Positions 18,613 to 37,302 of a stretch of DNA of 64,000 nucleotides are shown in pieces. Under the pieces are notes generated by a model. The model was not told the origin of the DNA and ran no database searches. It worked only from the letters and a program-made list of their open reading frames with translations. Origin of the DNA: an uncultured Verrucomicrobiae bacterium (GTDB taxonomy: Bacteria; Verrucomicrobiota; Verrucomicrobiia; Limisphaerales; Palsa-1400); NCBI GenBank assembly GCA_963764165.1, contig CAVXRD010000002.1:1184001-1248000 (forward strand). The letters are read 5' to 3'. Position 1 is the first letter of the stretch; each line of letters opens with the position of its first letter. A program made the position numbers and the translations under genes.

Positions 18613-18891
18613 TCAATGCGTGATTTCAAAACCGCGAAATTCATTAATTGCCTCCGACCAAACGGTCTGTTCCTGCCGAATGAAACGGCCGACTTCGGAT
18701 TTCCGAACGGCCTCCAGAAACGCGTCCAATTCCTCTTTTGCCCCTTCCGCCATCAATTCGACCCGGCCGTCCTCCAGATTGCGGACGGTGCCGGTGACCT
18801 CAAACCCTGTGGTCAGAGACTTGACGGTATAACGAAACCCGACCCCCTGGACCCGCCCTGAGTATAGATTTTTCACTCTATGTCGCTTCAT
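18613..18891 (-). CDS. acyP: Acylphosphatase
   Basis: [22 protein letters not shown]. Confidence 0.93.
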   Translation of the reverse strand: MKRHRVKNLYSGRVQGVGFRYTVKSLTTGFEVTGTVRNLEDGRVELMAEGAKEELDAFLEAVRKSEVGRFIRQEQTVWSEAINEFRGFEITH

Positions 18892-19036
18892 CCACCATGA
18901 ACCGTCAATAAGCCAGAGCAAGTGCCCTCGCGCAACTGAATTATCGCGAATTGTGACGATTCCGTGCAGCGTGAGTGGCGCATCGTGCGGGGCAGTACGC
19001 GGCTGCTTGGGCGGCATTCGTTGTTGGCAGAAGATG

Positions 19037-19074
19037 ATAGGAACAATAGGACGAATGGGACCTATGGGCCTTAT
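19037..19074. repeat. 9-bp-period short repeat, copy 2
   Basis: ataggaaca/ataggacga/atgggacct/atgggcctt. Confidence 0.65.
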
Positions 19075-19121
19075 TTCTTGCTGGCCCTTGCTCAATTTTG
19101 CGGCTAACCATTGGCCGGGGA

Positions 19122-20591
19122 ATGCGCTTCGCCACCGGTCAATTTTCCGCGACAACCACTTGGCCGCTGGTGGTTCGGGAATTGCGCATGGAATCGCGGA
19201 GGGGCATCAACTACGGGCTCCGTGTCCTGACGGCTTCGGTGCTGGTGGCCGGCCTCGCGGGATTTCTGGCCACGACGCTGCTCGATCCTTCGCAACTGGG
19301 CGGGGCGCTTTTCAATGTCCTGTACACCTCGCTGCTGCTCGCCATGTGGATCGTGGTGCCGATGATGACGGCCGATTGTGTCAGCCGGGAAAAACGGGAA
19401 GGAACATTGGGGTTGCTCTTTTTGACGCCATTGACTGTAACCGACGTGCTGGTGGGTAAAGCCGCGACCCATGTTTTGCGTGCAGTCACCTTGCTCCTGG
19501 CGTCGATGCCAATGTTGGTGCTGCCCTTTATTTTGGGCGGCGTAGACTGGCAGCAGGGTGTGATAGGCGTTGTCATGCTGGCCAACGCGCTGTTGCTGGG
19601 GATGGCTGCGGGACTTTACGCCTCCGCGAAAGGCGGCAGCGCAATCCAGGTGATGGTAATGGCGGAAGTCTATGCGCTGGCGCCGGCTGTAATCACCGCC
19701 ATTTTTGCAAGCCTTTCCGGTGCGACAGCGGCCCCGGGTGTAATAGGTTTGGCTTGGGTAGTTGTCACGACACTCTATTTCACGCTTCTGGTATTCGCGC
19801 TGATGATCTCGGCCAGCGTGCGCGTATTGCGCGAGACATGGGATCAGGATCCAGCGGCGCCTGAAAAACCTCGATGGGTTGTCCTGTTTTCCGATTCCGA
19901 ATATTGGCGCGAGCTATTCCATTGGGAGCATAGCCGCACACTCGATAATAATCCGATGTCCTGGCTGCAGGAATACTCCTGGACTGCGCGCCTCACGAAA
20001 TGGGGATGGTTCCTCTCAATGCTGGTTGCTGAATTTTTTGAGATCTTCGGTTTCCCCGGTTATCAGCAGCAACTGATCATCATTGTCTCGCTCGGTCTGG
20101 CGTTCAGCGCCACTGGAAGTTTTCGGCGCGAAAGGCAGACCGGACTGCTGGAAGTCCTCCTCGTGACGCCGTTGTCAGCGCGGCAACTCATGATCGGAAG
20201 GTTGTGGGGCATCTTCTGCCATTTTTCGCCTGCTTTGGTGTTGCTGATGGTGTGCTGGGATGGAGACCGGCAATTGAATTACAAGCAATTTGACAGTAAT
20301 CCCTTCTCGGCGGTGGTGCCCAACCCAATAGCTTTTGGCTCGTTGATGGTGACCGGTCTCTACCTTTCGCTCTGGCGCCTGAATTTTCTGGTGGTGTGGC
20401 TGCTGGCGTGGGCGCTGGCTTTTTTCCTGCCGGCAGTTGCCACCATCACCCTCATGCGCATGGGTGGTTTTCCTCTGGCATCGAGCGTTGGCTTCGTCTC
20501 TTTTTACCAACTTATACTGGGCGTCATCTGCTGGTTTCTCATGCACCGCAACCTTGAGGAACGCAGGTTTGTCAACAAGGATGCGGCGTGA
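19122..20591 (+). CDS. ABC-2 type permease-like membrane protein (duplicated domain)
   Basis: [23 protein letters not shown] and a second [16 protein letters not shown]. Confidence 0.85.
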   Translation: MRFATGQFSATTTWPLVVRELRMESRRGINYGLRVLTASVLVAGLAGFLATTLLDPSQLGGALFNVLYTSLLLAMWIVVPMMTADCVSREKREGTLGLLFLTPLTVTDVLVGKAATHVLRAVTLLLASMPMLVLPFILGGVDWQQGVIGVVMLANALLLGMAAGLYASAKGGSAIQVMVMAEVYALAPAVITAIFASLSGATAAPGVIGLAWVVVTTLYFTLLVFALMISASVRVLRETWDQDPAAPEKPRWVVLFSDSEYWRELFHWEHSRTLDNNPMSWLQEYSWTARLTKWGWFLSMLVAEFFEIFGFPGYQQQLIIIVSLGLAFSATGSFRRERQTGLLEVLLVTPLSARQLMIGRLWGIFCHFSPALVLLMVCWDGDRQLNYKQFDSNPFSAVVPNPIAFGSLMVTGLYLSLWRLNFLVVWLLAWALAFFLPAVATITLMRMGGFPLASSVGFVSFYQLILGVICWFLMHRNLEERRFVNKDAA

Positions 20592-20741
20592 GGCGCGTGC
20601 GGACTGCGGAATCCATGGGAAACGAGCGCGGCTACTCCCCACGAGGTCCATGTCCTCAATCATCATTCTATCTATACACCCACACAGATGCTAAAAAGTA
20701 ACTCCTCTTTTCCTGTGGAGTCTCCCGCGCGACTGGTCTTG

Positions 20742-20782
20742 CAAAACAATTGCGCCTTTGCCGGTTTCCCAGCAAAGGCGCA
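20742..20782 (-). terminator. Probable intrinsic terminator after rpoC
   Basis: TGCGCCTTTGC...GCAAAGGCGCA stem followed by ATTGTTTTG on the minus strand. Confidence 0.65.
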
Positions 20783-20803
20783 GCGTGTAATTCTTTGGTT
20801 CGG

Positions 20804-28780
<7,977 letters not shown>

Positions 28781-28936
28781 TTTAACCTTTGGTCAAATTC
28801 TGGCACAAGCCAGGTTCTTGTTAGGCACAAACGACGACAGGACGCGCTCCCGGGCTACCGAAAGCGTGCCTGTTCAAAATTCCTTTATTTGGGACGACGA
28901 TGCTCGTTTTAGAAACCGCTCTCTTTAAAACGGTAA

Positions 28937-28973
28937 GTTAGAGCGGCGAGAGATCAACCCTCGCCGCTCTAAC
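28937..28973 (-). terminator. Hairpin between rplL and rpoB (terminator/attenuator)
   Basis: GTTAGAGCGGCGAG...CTCGCCGCTCTAAC 14-bp stem. Confidence 0.6.
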
Positions 28974-28985
28974 ATTAAACCATGT

Positions 28986-29381
28986 TTACTTAATTTCAAC
29001 TTTGGCGCCGGCTTCCTCCAATTTTTTCTTGGCGGCGTCGGCATCTGCCTTGTTCGCGCCTTCCAAAATCGGTTTCGGCGCGCCTTCAACCAACGCCTTC
29101 GCGTCAGCCAGGCCCAGTCCGGCTTTGACTTCGCGCACCACTTTAATGGCGGCGATCTTCTTGTCGGCCGGAACAGAAACCAGGATCACGTCGAAAGCCG
29201 TTTTGGCTTCGGCGGCGGGGGCGGCGGCTCCGCCAGCGGCGGCGCCTCCAGCAGGAGCGGCGGCAGCGGCGGGCGCTGCGGCGGTCACGCCCCAGGTGGT
29301 TTCAAGTTGTTTGACCAAGTCGGCGGCTTCGATAACCGTTAACTTGCCCAATTGTTCTACTAATGCTGCGATATCTGCCAT
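28986..29381 (-). CDS. rplL: 50S ribosomal protein L7/L12
   Basis: Ala-rich hinge, [10 protein letters not shown]...[12 protein letters not shown]. Confidence 0.98.
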   Translation of the reverse strand: MADIAALVEQLGKLTVIEAADLVKQLETTWGVTAAAPAAAAAPAGGAAAGGAAAPAAEAKTAFDVILVSVPADKKIAAIKVVREVKAGLGLADAKALVEGAPKPILEGANKADADAAKKKLEEAGAKVEIK

Positions 29382-29523
29382 ACTTTCCTTTCAGTCTCGT
29401 TGCCATCCGCAGCCGCGGATGAGTTACGCTCACGAGCACGCGAGCCGACGATTTACTTTGCTTTTGCTTTGCTTGTTTTTGTTGAATCCATCCCTGTGAA
29501 ACAGGGATGAAAGTATTTTCCGA

Positions 29524-30036
29524 TTACTCCGCCTTTTCAGACTTCGCCTGGATGACACGCACCAATTGCGTCGCCGGCGTATTGATGATGGCCGCCAATT
29601 TCGTGGCCGGCGCCATGATCACACCGAGAAGCTTCGAGCGCAGGACTTCGATGGAAGGCAAATCTGCCAGCGCAATCACATCCGCGGACTCAAGGCGCTG
29701 ATTCTTCAGATAGCCAAAACGGATTTTCGGCTTGTCGAATTCCGCCGAGAAGGTCTTGACGATCTTGGCGGCGGACGAGACGTCCTTCTGGCCGGTCACG
29801 ACAGCCAATTGGCCAGCCATGGAATTGCCGAGATCGGCCAAACCGGCTTCTTTGACGGCGACGCGGAAAATCGAGTTCTTGACCACGTGCATTTCCGCTC
29901 CCGCCTTGCTCAGGCGTTTGCGCAGCTCGGTGATCGGTCCGACTTTCAAACCGCGGTAATCAACGACGATGAAATACGGCGAGGCGTTGAGCCGGGCGGC
30001 ATATTCCTGATTAATAAATTTTTTCTCTTCGCGCAT
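29524..30036 (-). CDS. rplJ: 50S ribosomal protein L10
   Basis: VVDYRGL...ELRKRL...VVKN...LPS; operon position. Confidence 0.96.
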   Translation of the reverse strand: MREEKKFINQEYAARLNASPYFIVVDYRGLKVGPITELRKRLSKAGAEMHVVKNSIFRVAVKEAGLADLGNSMAGQLAVVTGQKDVSSAAKIVKTFSAEFDKPKIRFGYLKNQRLESADVIALADLPSIEVLRSKLLGVIMAPATKLAAIINTPATQLVRVIQAKSEKAE

Positions 30037-30052
30037 GGTAATTTCCTTTGGT

Positions 30053-30751
30053 TTAAGCGGCGGCCAGGAATTCGCGGACGTCAACCCGCACCGGCGGGCT
30101 CATCGTGGCGGAAATCGTGCAGGTGTGAATGAAAATGCCCTTGGCGCTGCTCGGCTTGGCCTTGGCCACAGCTTCGATGACCGCCCGCGCATTTTCTTCG
30201 ATCTGCTGCGGCGGGAAGGAAACTTTGCCAATGGCGACGTGGACGTTTCCGCCCTTGTCGACCTTGAATTCAACGCGGCCCGCTTTGACTTCCTTGATCG
30301 CTTTCGCGGTGTCGTCGGTGACGGTGCCAGTTTTCGGATTTGGCATCAAGCCGCGCGGTCCCAGCGCTTTACCGAGTTTGCGGACTTCAGACATGGCTTC
30401 GGGAGTCGCGATGGCGACATCGAAATCAGTCCAGCCAGCATTGCACTTCGCGATCAAATCGTCGAACCCAACGTATTCCGCGCCAGCGGTGCGGGCAGCT
30501 TCGGCTGCGGCGCCGGGCTTGGCGAAGACGAGGACGCGGACGGTTTTTCCGCTGCCGTGAGGCAACGGAACCGTGCCGCGAACCATCTGGTCGGATTGCT
30601 TTGGATCGACTCCCAATTTGAACGCCATATCAACGGTCTCGTTGAACTTGGCTTTGGGAAACTTGGCGAGAACTTCAACCGCCGATTTCAGGGGATAGGC
30701 TTTCTGCCCGGTCACCTGTTCCAGCGCCTTCTTGTATCTTTTGCTAGGCAT
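30053..30751 (-). CDS. rplA: 50S ribosomal protein L1
   Basis: VRGTVPLPHGSGK, LGPRGLMPNPKTGTVT. Confidence 0.98.
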   Translation of the reverse strand: MPSKRYKKALEQVTGQKAYPLKSAVEVLAKFPKAKFNETVDMAFKLGVDPKQSDQMVRGTVPLPHGSGKTVRVLVFAKPGAAAEAARTAGAEYVGFDDLIAKCNAGWTDFDVAIATPEAMSEVRKLGKALGPRGLMPNPKTGTVTDDTAKAIKEVKAGRVEFKVDKGGNVHVAIGKVSFPPQQIEENARAVIEAVAKAKPSSAKGIFIHTCTISATMSPPVRVDVREFLAAA

Positions 30752-30757
30752 AGTATT

Positions 30758-30801
30758 AAGCGGTACATGCGAGATCCACCATAGGTGGAAACTCTCCCGC
30801 G
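30758..30801 (-). promoter_or_regulatory. Putative L1-binding mRNA structure between rplK and rplA
   Basis: Minus strand GCGGGAGAG...CCACCTATGGTGG...ACCGC forms an interrupted stem with GGGAG, in the usual position before rplA. Confidence 0.45.
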
Positions 30802-30808
30802 TTTGTTG

Positions 30809-31235
30809 TTATTCGACGACTTCGATTCCCATGCTGCGGGCTGTTCCCGCAATCACCCGGAAAGCCGCTTCGTCGGAGGCGGCATTCAAATCCTTGGTCT
30901 TGATCTTGACGATGTCAAAAACCTGCTTCTTGGTCACCTTGCCGACTTTGTCCTTGTTTGGGACTTTGGAGCCGGATGCGATTCCAGCGGCTTTTTTCAG
31001 CAGCACGGAAGCGGGAGGCGACTTGGTAATGAAAGTAAACGATTTATCCTGCAAAAACCGTGATAACCACCGGGATGACCATTCCGGCCTGGTCTTTGGT
31101 CGCGGCATTAAATTCTTTGCAGAACGCCATGATGTTGACGCCTTGCTGGCCCAACGCGGGGCCGACAGGCGGCGCGGGGTTGGCCTGTCCGGCCGGAATC
31201 TGCAATTTGATCTGTCCTGTAATCTTCTTCGCCAT
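30809..31235 (-). CDS. rplK: 50S ribosomal protein L11 (one apparent +1 insertion at ~31054)
   Basis: [13 protein letters not shown] in one frame, [13 protein letters not shown]...GTARSMG in another. Confidence 0.97.
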
Positions 31236-31256
31236 AAAAATTCGCGCTTGTTAGCT

Positions 31257-31808
31257 TTAAGCTTTCTCCACCTGCCAATACTCCAGTTCAACCGGCGTAT
31301 TGCGTCCGAAAATGTTGACCGTGACTTTGAGCTTGCCCCGCTCCGGCTCGATTTCCTCGATAACGCCGCTGAAATTCAAAAACGGGCCATCGTTGATCTT
31401 GACCGTTTCGCCGACATCGAAATGAACCTTTGGCTTTTCGGTGTCTTCGCTTTCGGAAATCTGCGCCTTGATGGTCGCAATCTCGTCCGGCGTCACCGCA
31501 ATGGGGCGATCTCCGCCCACGATTCCGATCTTGCCCGGCGTATCTTGAATGAAATACCAGGGCTTCTCCAAAATCCGCTTGTCGTCGTCCAACAGCACCA
31601 TGTCAATATAGACATATCCCGGATGCAGCTTGCGGTTGGTCACGGTTTTTTTGCCACCCCTGACATCGACCACTTTTTCCACCGGAACCAGCACCTCTTT
31701 GATGTATTCCGACATCTCTTCGGCTTTGACCCGTTTTTCGATGTTCTCCTTTACCTTGCCCTCCTGCCCGGACAGAGTATGTATGACAAACCACTGGCTT
31801 TTTGGCAT
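31257..31808 (-). CDS. nusG: Transcription factor NusG
   Basis: [18 protein letters not shown] domain DGPF...[10 protein letters not shown]. Confidence 0.98.
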   Translation of the reverse strand: MPKSQWFVIHTLSGQEGKVKENIEKRVKAEEMSEYIKEVLVPVEKVVDVRGGKKTVTNRKLHPGYVYIDMVLLDDDKRILEKPWYFIQDTPGKIGIVGGDRPIAVTPDEIATIKAQISESEDTEKPKVHFDVGETVKINDGPFLNFSGVIEEIEPERGKLKVTVNIFGRNTPVELEYWQVEKA

Positions 31809-31818
31809 CGCAATATCC

Positions 31819-32076
31819 TCAGACGATCATTTTAATGACCGATGTCACCACGACATCGACAGCGGCGGTGAAGGCTCCCAGAAAAATGACGGAGATAATG
31901 ACCGCGATGGTGGAGCCTTGAAGCTCTTCCCAAGTCGGCCAGGTGCATTTTTTCAATTCCTCGACCATCTCGTTCCAATACGCAGACAGCCGGAGGAAGG
32001 CGCCACGGCGCCATGCGATCACGAACGCCACGAGGGCGACCATGAGAACTCCGATTTTTAGCCAATAATCATTCAT
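31819..32076 (-). CDS. secE: Preprotein translocase SecE
   Basis: ELKKCTWP motif plus TM helix, upstream of nusG. Confidence 0.93.
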   Translation of the reverse strand: MNDYWLKIGVLMVALVAFVIAWRRGAFLRLSAYWNEMVEELKKCTWPTWEELQGSTIAVIISVIFLGAFTAAVDVVVTSVIKMIV

Positions 32077-32096
32077 TCAATTCAATCCAATTCATT

Positions 32097-32186
<90 letters not shown>

Positions 32187-32209
32187 GGTCTATCCCTCTC
32201 ATTCTCGAG

Positions 32210-32285
32210 TGGCAGGGCGGGAGGGACTCGAACCCCCAACCGACGGTTTTGGAGACCGCTACTCTACCAATTGAGCTACCGCCCT
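32210..32285 (-). tRNA. tRNA-Trp (CCA)
   Basis: AGGGCGGTAGCTCAATTGG...CTCCAAA...GTTCGAGTCC...GCCA. Confidence 0.96.
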
Positions 32286-32353
32286 AAACCTCGATCAGTC
32301 CCCGCGTCCATTAACAGAGGCAGGCACGACTTGTCGTTCCTGCCCTTAAATAA

Positions 32354-33545
32354 CTACGCCACGATGTCAGACACGCGACCGGCGCCAATCGTTCGACCAC
32401 CTTCGCGAATGGCGAAACGCTGGCCTTTTTCCATGGCCACAGGGGCGATCAATTCAATATCCACCGAGACGTTGTCGCCCGGCATGACCATTTCCACTCC
32501 CGCCGCCAGCGTGACGGTGCCCGTAACGTCGGAGGTGCGGAAAAAGAATTGCGGGCGATACTTGGTGAAGAACGGCGTGTGACGGCCACCTTCATCCTTG
32601 GACAAAACATACACTTCCGCCTTGAACTTCATGTGCGGCGTGATGGAACCGGGCTTGGCCAAAACCATGCCGCGTTCAACGTCTTCCTTGCGGGTGCCGC
32701 GGAGCAGCACGCCGACGTTGTCACCGGCGCTGGCTTTGTCGAGCAGCTTGCGGAACATTTCGATGTCGGTGGCAACGGTCTTGCGGGTGTCTTTCAGGCC
32801 GACGATTTCCACTTCAGACATCTTGTTCAACTCACCGCGTTCGACACGGCCCGTCACGACAGTGCCGCGACCTTCAATGTTGAACACGTCTTCGATGCAC
32901 ATCAGGAACGGCTTGTCGATTTCGCGCGTCGGCAGCGGGAATAAAGGAATCCACCGCGTCCAGCAAATCAGCAATGGCCTTCTCGCCTTCGGGCTTGCCA
33001 GCCAAGGCGGCGGTGGCGCTGCCACGAACGACCGGGGTCTTGTCGCCCGGGAATTGATACTTGTTGAGCAGGTCGCGGATTTCCATCTCGACCAATTCCA
33101 GCAATTCAGGATCATCAACGAGGTCAACCTTGTTCAGGAAGACAACGATCGCCGGCACGCCGACTTGGCGGGCCAAAAGAATGTGCTCACGGGTCTGGGG
33201 CATGGGGCCGTCGGCGGCGCTGACCACCAGGATCGCGCCGTCCATCTGGGCGGCGCCGGTGATCATGTTTTTTACATAGTCAGCGTGGCCAGGGCAGTCA
33301 ACGTGCGCGTAGTGGCGCAAAGGAGATTCATATTCCACGTGCGAAACCGCGATGGTCACCGTCTTGGTGGCGTCACGAACCGTGCCGCCTTTGGTGATAT
33401 CGGCGTAGCTGATCGGCGGGGCCATGCCCTTTTTGCTCTGAACTTCGACAATGGCCGCCGTCAAGGTGGATTTGCCGTGGTCAACGTGGCCAATGGTGCC
33501 GACGTTGACGTGCGGTTTAGTTCGTTGAAAAGCTTCTTTTGCCAT
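32354..33545 (-). CDS. tuf: Elongation factor Tu (one apparent +1 insertion at ~32938)
   Basis: [28 protein letters not shown]-terminal half in another frame. Confidence 0.98.
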
Positions 33546-33597
33546 ATTGTCCTGTCTTATGTTTTAAAATTTTAATCCGTTGCTATTTCAAAAGTTA

Positions 33598-33673
33598 TGG
33601 AGCCCATGATCAGGATTGAACTGATGACCTCGTCCTTACCAAGGACGTGCTCTACCAACTGAGCTACATGGGC
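33598..33673 (-). tRNA. tRNA-Thr (GGT)
   Basis: GCCCATGTAGCTCAGTTGG...TTGGTAA...GTTCAATCC...TCCA. Confidence 0.96.
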
Positions 33674-33810
33674 AACCAGCCTGAATTTTCACTCTGGCGT
33701 CCTGACCGTGCGAAACGACAAAAATCCACTACCCCTGCTCCTTCGTATAAAAGTACGAAGATGCATCGAGGCTAATGGCTCCTGCTATTTTGCCCGATAA
33801 CTTCTTTACC

Positions 33811-33839
33811 AGAGTAATTGTGCCACAATGGGGTGTCAA
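33811..33839 (-). promoter_or_regulatory. Sigma70-type promoter for the tRNA-Thr/tuf operon
   Basis: TTGACA-N17-TACTCT on the minus strand. Confidence 0.6.
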
Positions 33840-33962
33840 CGGCTTTTTTCACCTTTTTTTCACGTGGGGCCAAGAGAGGCAGGAGCCCAGCCGCTCATAT
33901 CCCCCATTATTACCCATTACTCGCATAAAACTGGGAATAATGGGACGGCCTCGGCGGGTGCC

Positions 33963-34637
33963 CTACTGAGATTCGCGGGTGTTTCGGGTGTTTCGCGCTG
34001 GCGGGGCTTTTTTGAATGAAGTTTCCCGCATATATATAGGCTCAAGGCGCTCGGCGGGAACAAAATCGGTCCGTTTCTCCGCCAAGCGTCGCAAAATCTC
34101 GGCTCGGGGGTAAAGTGGTTCCGCCAAAAAACCTGCACCTTCCAAATCTGGCCCGAAAACCCGCTCGCCGCGCAACACAAGTCCCGCTATTTCAGCGCCA
34201 GCCACCAGCCGCAATGGCTCGATTTCGCGCGCCGAATCGCCGGAGAGATCGTATTTTGCCACGTAATACTCGCCACGCTGCGCGTCAATGGCAATATAGA
34301 GTTGGCCCGTTGTGTTTCCCGCGCGCGCCGTTTCAGCAAGACACTCGGCACTGCTGATCCCGATTGTCTTGATATCCCGGCCGAGCTGCCAGCCTTGAGC
34401 CAACGCGATCGCCCCCCGAATTCCCGTGTAGGAGCCGGGACCAAGCCCGGCGGCGACCATGCCAATATCCTCCCGTTCGCACCCGGCCTGCTTTAATGCT
34501 TCTTCCACCAAACCCAGTGCGCGACGACCGCCAACATCAACGGCTTCTCCCATCATTGCCAGACTATCAGACCCGGCGAATTCCGCGACTGAAGCACTCC
34601 GGCGGCTCGACGAAAATTCAACCGCCAAAATCTTCAT
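33963..34637 (-). CDS. tsaB: t6A biosynthesis protein TsaB
   Basis: GLGPGSYTGIR, IDAQRGE, LEPIYMR. Confidence 0.95.
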   Translation of the reverse strand: MKILAVEFSSSRRSASVAEFAGSDSLAMMGEAVDVGGRRALGLVEEALKQAGCEREDIGMVAAGLGPGSYTGIRGAIALAQGWQLGRDIKTIGISSAECLAETARAGNTTGQLYIAIDAQRGEYYVAKYDLSGDSAREIEPLRLVAGAEIAGLVLRGERVFGPDLEGAGFLAEPLYPRAEILRRLAEKRTDFVPAERLEPIYMRETSFKKAPPARNTRNTRESQ

Positions 34638-35064
34638 AGAAAATTTCGCGAACTGTCTCGCCGGCGGCTTTGATCTCGACCCGGCGCAATTTCATCCCGG
34701 GAGGCGGCGGCCACGGGCCCCCTTCAATCCACCTTTCGATCCACTCCACCACCGCCACCCCTGCGGGCCTGTAAAGGTAAATTTCCAATCCAGCGCGGAT
34801 AATTTCCTCCCGCGTCTCCAGCCGGTAGAGATCAAGATGAAAAAAGGGAAGCCTGCCTTCGCGGTATTCATTGACCAATCCGAAAGTCGGTGATTGAGGC
34901 TTCTTCGGCACTCCCAGCCCGCGCGCCACCCCGGCGGCCAGAACCGTCTTTCCAGCGCCAAGGTCGCCGCTCAAGCCGATGATAGTGCCGTGGAGCGCCG
35001 CGCGCCCCCATTGCCAGCCGAGCAGTTCTGTTTGTTCCGGACTACGCGAAATGAACGTAACCAT
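34618..35064 (-). CDS. tsaE: t6A biosynthesis ATPase TsaE
   Basis: GDLGAGKT, SPTF, HLDLYRL, VEW. Confidence 0.96.
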   Translation of the reverse strand: MVTFISRSPEQTELLGWQWGRAALHGTIIGLSGDLGAGKTVLAAGVARGLGVPKKPQSPTFGLVNEYREGRLPFFHLDLYRLETREEIIRAGLEIYLYRPAGVAVVEWIERWIEGGPWPPPPGMKLRRVEIKAAGETVREIFYEDFGG

Positions 35065-35974
35065 GTGTTTCCAAAGAATGAATTCCAGTTTTGTCGCGCA
35101 ATTTCAACCCTCGTTCTGAAGTAATTTTCCCAATGCAGCTCAAGCGCACGTCTGGAAACTGTTTTTTCCACGCGTCCAGCACCGGCACAGCGTCCTTGCT
35201 CGCGAGAGTAAAGAGCAGCTCAAAATCTTCGCCATCACCGAGGGCGGCCAGCAGCGGCGGCTTGCTGGAGGATTCCGCGCGCGCCTGCAATTTCGCCGCG
35301 CGGCTCACGGGCACCGCTTGCGAATGCAATTCCGCCCCGACCTGGCTCACGCGCAAGATATGCCGCAAATCGCCCGCCAACCCATCGCTGACATCCATCA
35401 TCGCGTGGATTGAAAAATTTTCCACCAGCCATTGGCCTTCCGCCACGCGCGGTTCAAAATCAAGATGCTTGCCCGAGCGCGAGCCTCCCAATTCGCCTGT
35501 CACATAAATGGCATCGCCAGGCTTCGCGCCGCTGCGAAGAACGCACTTGTCTTTGGCGGCGTCGCCGATCATGGAAATGGAGATGAGCAGCCGCTCTGGG
35601 TTGCGCGTCGTCTCGCCGCCCGCAATGGCAACGCCATATTTTTTGGCCAGCGCATTCAAACCCTTGTAAACTCCTTCGATAAATGCCGGCGAAAATTTAT
35701 CCGGCAAGGCCAGCGTCACCAGGGCCGCAATCGGGCGGCCGCCCATGGCCGCGATGTCGCTCAGGCAGCGGCCGAGCGCCTTATGGCCGATTTGTTCGGG
35801 CTTGGCTTCGGAGGTAAAATGTATCCCTTCGACGACGGCATCCGTTTTGAAAAGAAGGACGCGCCCCGGCCGGCCACAGTCGAGCACGGCGCAATCATCC
35901 CCTGCCCCCGTAATGACGGAATGATTTCCCGGCAGAGTCGGAGTGAGGCGGGCGATCAGGTCGAATTCGTTCAT
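35042..35974 (-). CDS. thiL: Thiamine-monophosphate kinase
   Basis: MNEFDLI, GDDCA, SDIAAMGG, DVSDGL, GEDFELLF. Confidence 0.96.
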   Translation of the reverse strand: MNEFDLIARLTPTLPGNHSVITGAGDDCAVLDCGRPGRVLLFKTDAVVEGIHFTSEAKPEQIGHKALGRCLSDIAAMGGRPIAALVTLALPDKFSPAFIEGVYKGLNALAKKYGVAIAGGETTRNPERLLISISMIGDAAKDKCVLRSGAKPGDAIYVTGELGGSRSGKHLDFEPRVAEGQWLVENFSIHAMMDVSDGLAGDLRHILRVSQVGAELHSQAVPVSRAAKLQARAESSSKPPLLAALGDGEDFELLFTLASKDAVPVLDAWKKQFPDVRLSCIGKITSERGLKLRDKTGIHSLETHGYVHFA

Positions 35975-36765
35975 CGCTTCGGGTTGAGCATGAGCAGCAC
36001 AAAATTGGCGCCGTTGAAAATGCTGTGCGCCACCATCGGCGCGGCGAGATTGTCGAGAGACTCGTATAAGACCGCCAGCATCATGGCGAACACCAGCAGC
36101 GGAACAAATGTTTCCAGATTGCAGTGAACCACCGCAAAGAGAACGGAGGTGATCCAAAATGCCAAAGCGCGCCCTCCCTTTTGCCGAATTGCCGGGTAGA
36201 ATACGCCGCGAAACATCAATTCTTCAATTATCGGCGCAAAGACAATAGTGATGATGGCCATGGTGGTTTTTTCCGGGAGATTCAAGCCGTGCTGCTGCAA
36301 TTCGACCACGAGATCCTGATCCGGATGAGCCCAATTGAGCTTGGTTAGAACATAGTCGGACAGAGACTCAAGCAGCCAGCCGGCCGGAACAAAAATCGCG
36401 CCTCCCATCACGCCATAGGCGATGGCCGTCGGCACTTCAGTCGATTTGAAAAATGCCTCCTTCCAAGTCGTCTTGCAACGGCGCACCAGCAGCGTTATCA
36501 AACCGAGGGCCGGGGCTTCCATGGCAATGGCGCTGATGACGATCAGCCAAAAATCCGTCTGGGGATCGTGCTTCTGGGCGTCTTGAGGCTGCGCCGCGCG
36601 GGTCTGAACCTCATGGGACGGCGCCTCATGCGCCCGCATCGCGGCCTCGTTTGCGCTGTAATGCTGCACAACCCACATGGGGATTGACGCCACCGCCAGG
36701 GCGCAAATCACGCCCAAAAACAACAGGGCGGCAGCCTCAAGATTCCATGGTTTCTCTGACAACAT
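35971..36765 (-). CDS. CPBP (CAAX/Abi) intramembrane metalloprotease
   Basis: APIIEELMFRG, FAVVH, HSIFN. Confidence 0.92.
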   Translation of the reverse strand: MLSEKPWNLEAAALLFLGVICALAVASIPMWVVQHYSANEAAMRAHEAPSHEVQTRAAQPQDAQKHDPQTDFWLIVISAIAMEAPALGLITLLVRRCKTTWKEAFFKSTEVPTAIAYGVMGGAIFVPAGWLLESLSDYVLTKLNWAHPDQDLVVELQQHGLNLPEKTTMAIITIVFAPIIEELMFRGVFYPAIRQKGGRALAFWITSVLFAVVHCNLETFVPLLVFAMMLAVLYESLDNLAAPMVAHSIFNGANFVLLMLNPKR

Positions 36766-36794
36766 GCGGGGAATCGCCCAGTCAGTTTATGGCC

Positions 36795-36888
36795 GGGCCG
36801 CCTCGCCGAGGCGTCCGGGGCCGCGGTGTTTTTCGAACGCGTTCGGACTCGCGAAAGTCCCCGGACGCCTCGGCGAGGCGTCCCTGCC
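36795..36888. repeat. REP-like doublet, family B, uninterrupted copy
   Basis: Reverse complement closely matches the IS-interrupted copy at 52859-52875 + 54559-54637. Confidence 0.88.
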
Positions 36889-37302
36889 TTCGAGGCAATG
36901 CCGACATGCGAGCGTATCACAGATGAGATGGGCGGGTGCTGTCATTCGTAAAGCCGCGTTCACATTACAACGCGTCGGCGATGCTGGGAAGGACGATTTA
37001 GAAGACGCTTAAAGAGGTTGAAACGGCAACCAAATCATGACGGCTTGACAAGCATCTCCCCGACCCGGAAACAATGAGCGTGATCTGTCTTTGTGTTCCT
37101 CTGCGCGCTCATCTTCTCTGCGCGAAAGTTCTTTTCCTTCTGGCACCGCAATCGCCCCCAGAGGCGCATGGAACGCAGGTCTCCCCGCCGAAGCGAACTA
37201 AATTTGACACAGCTATTCCACCGAAATCGCTCTGCAAAAAAGGGGCCAGCACAACATGATCACAAGAATATGCAGTTATGGTGGCGACCCTTTTCTGACT
37301 TC

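Noticed and set aside
36900..37300. ORFs 37074-37259 and 37093-37395 and a TTGACA at ~37046
   Set aside because: No recognisable protein features or convincing -10 box
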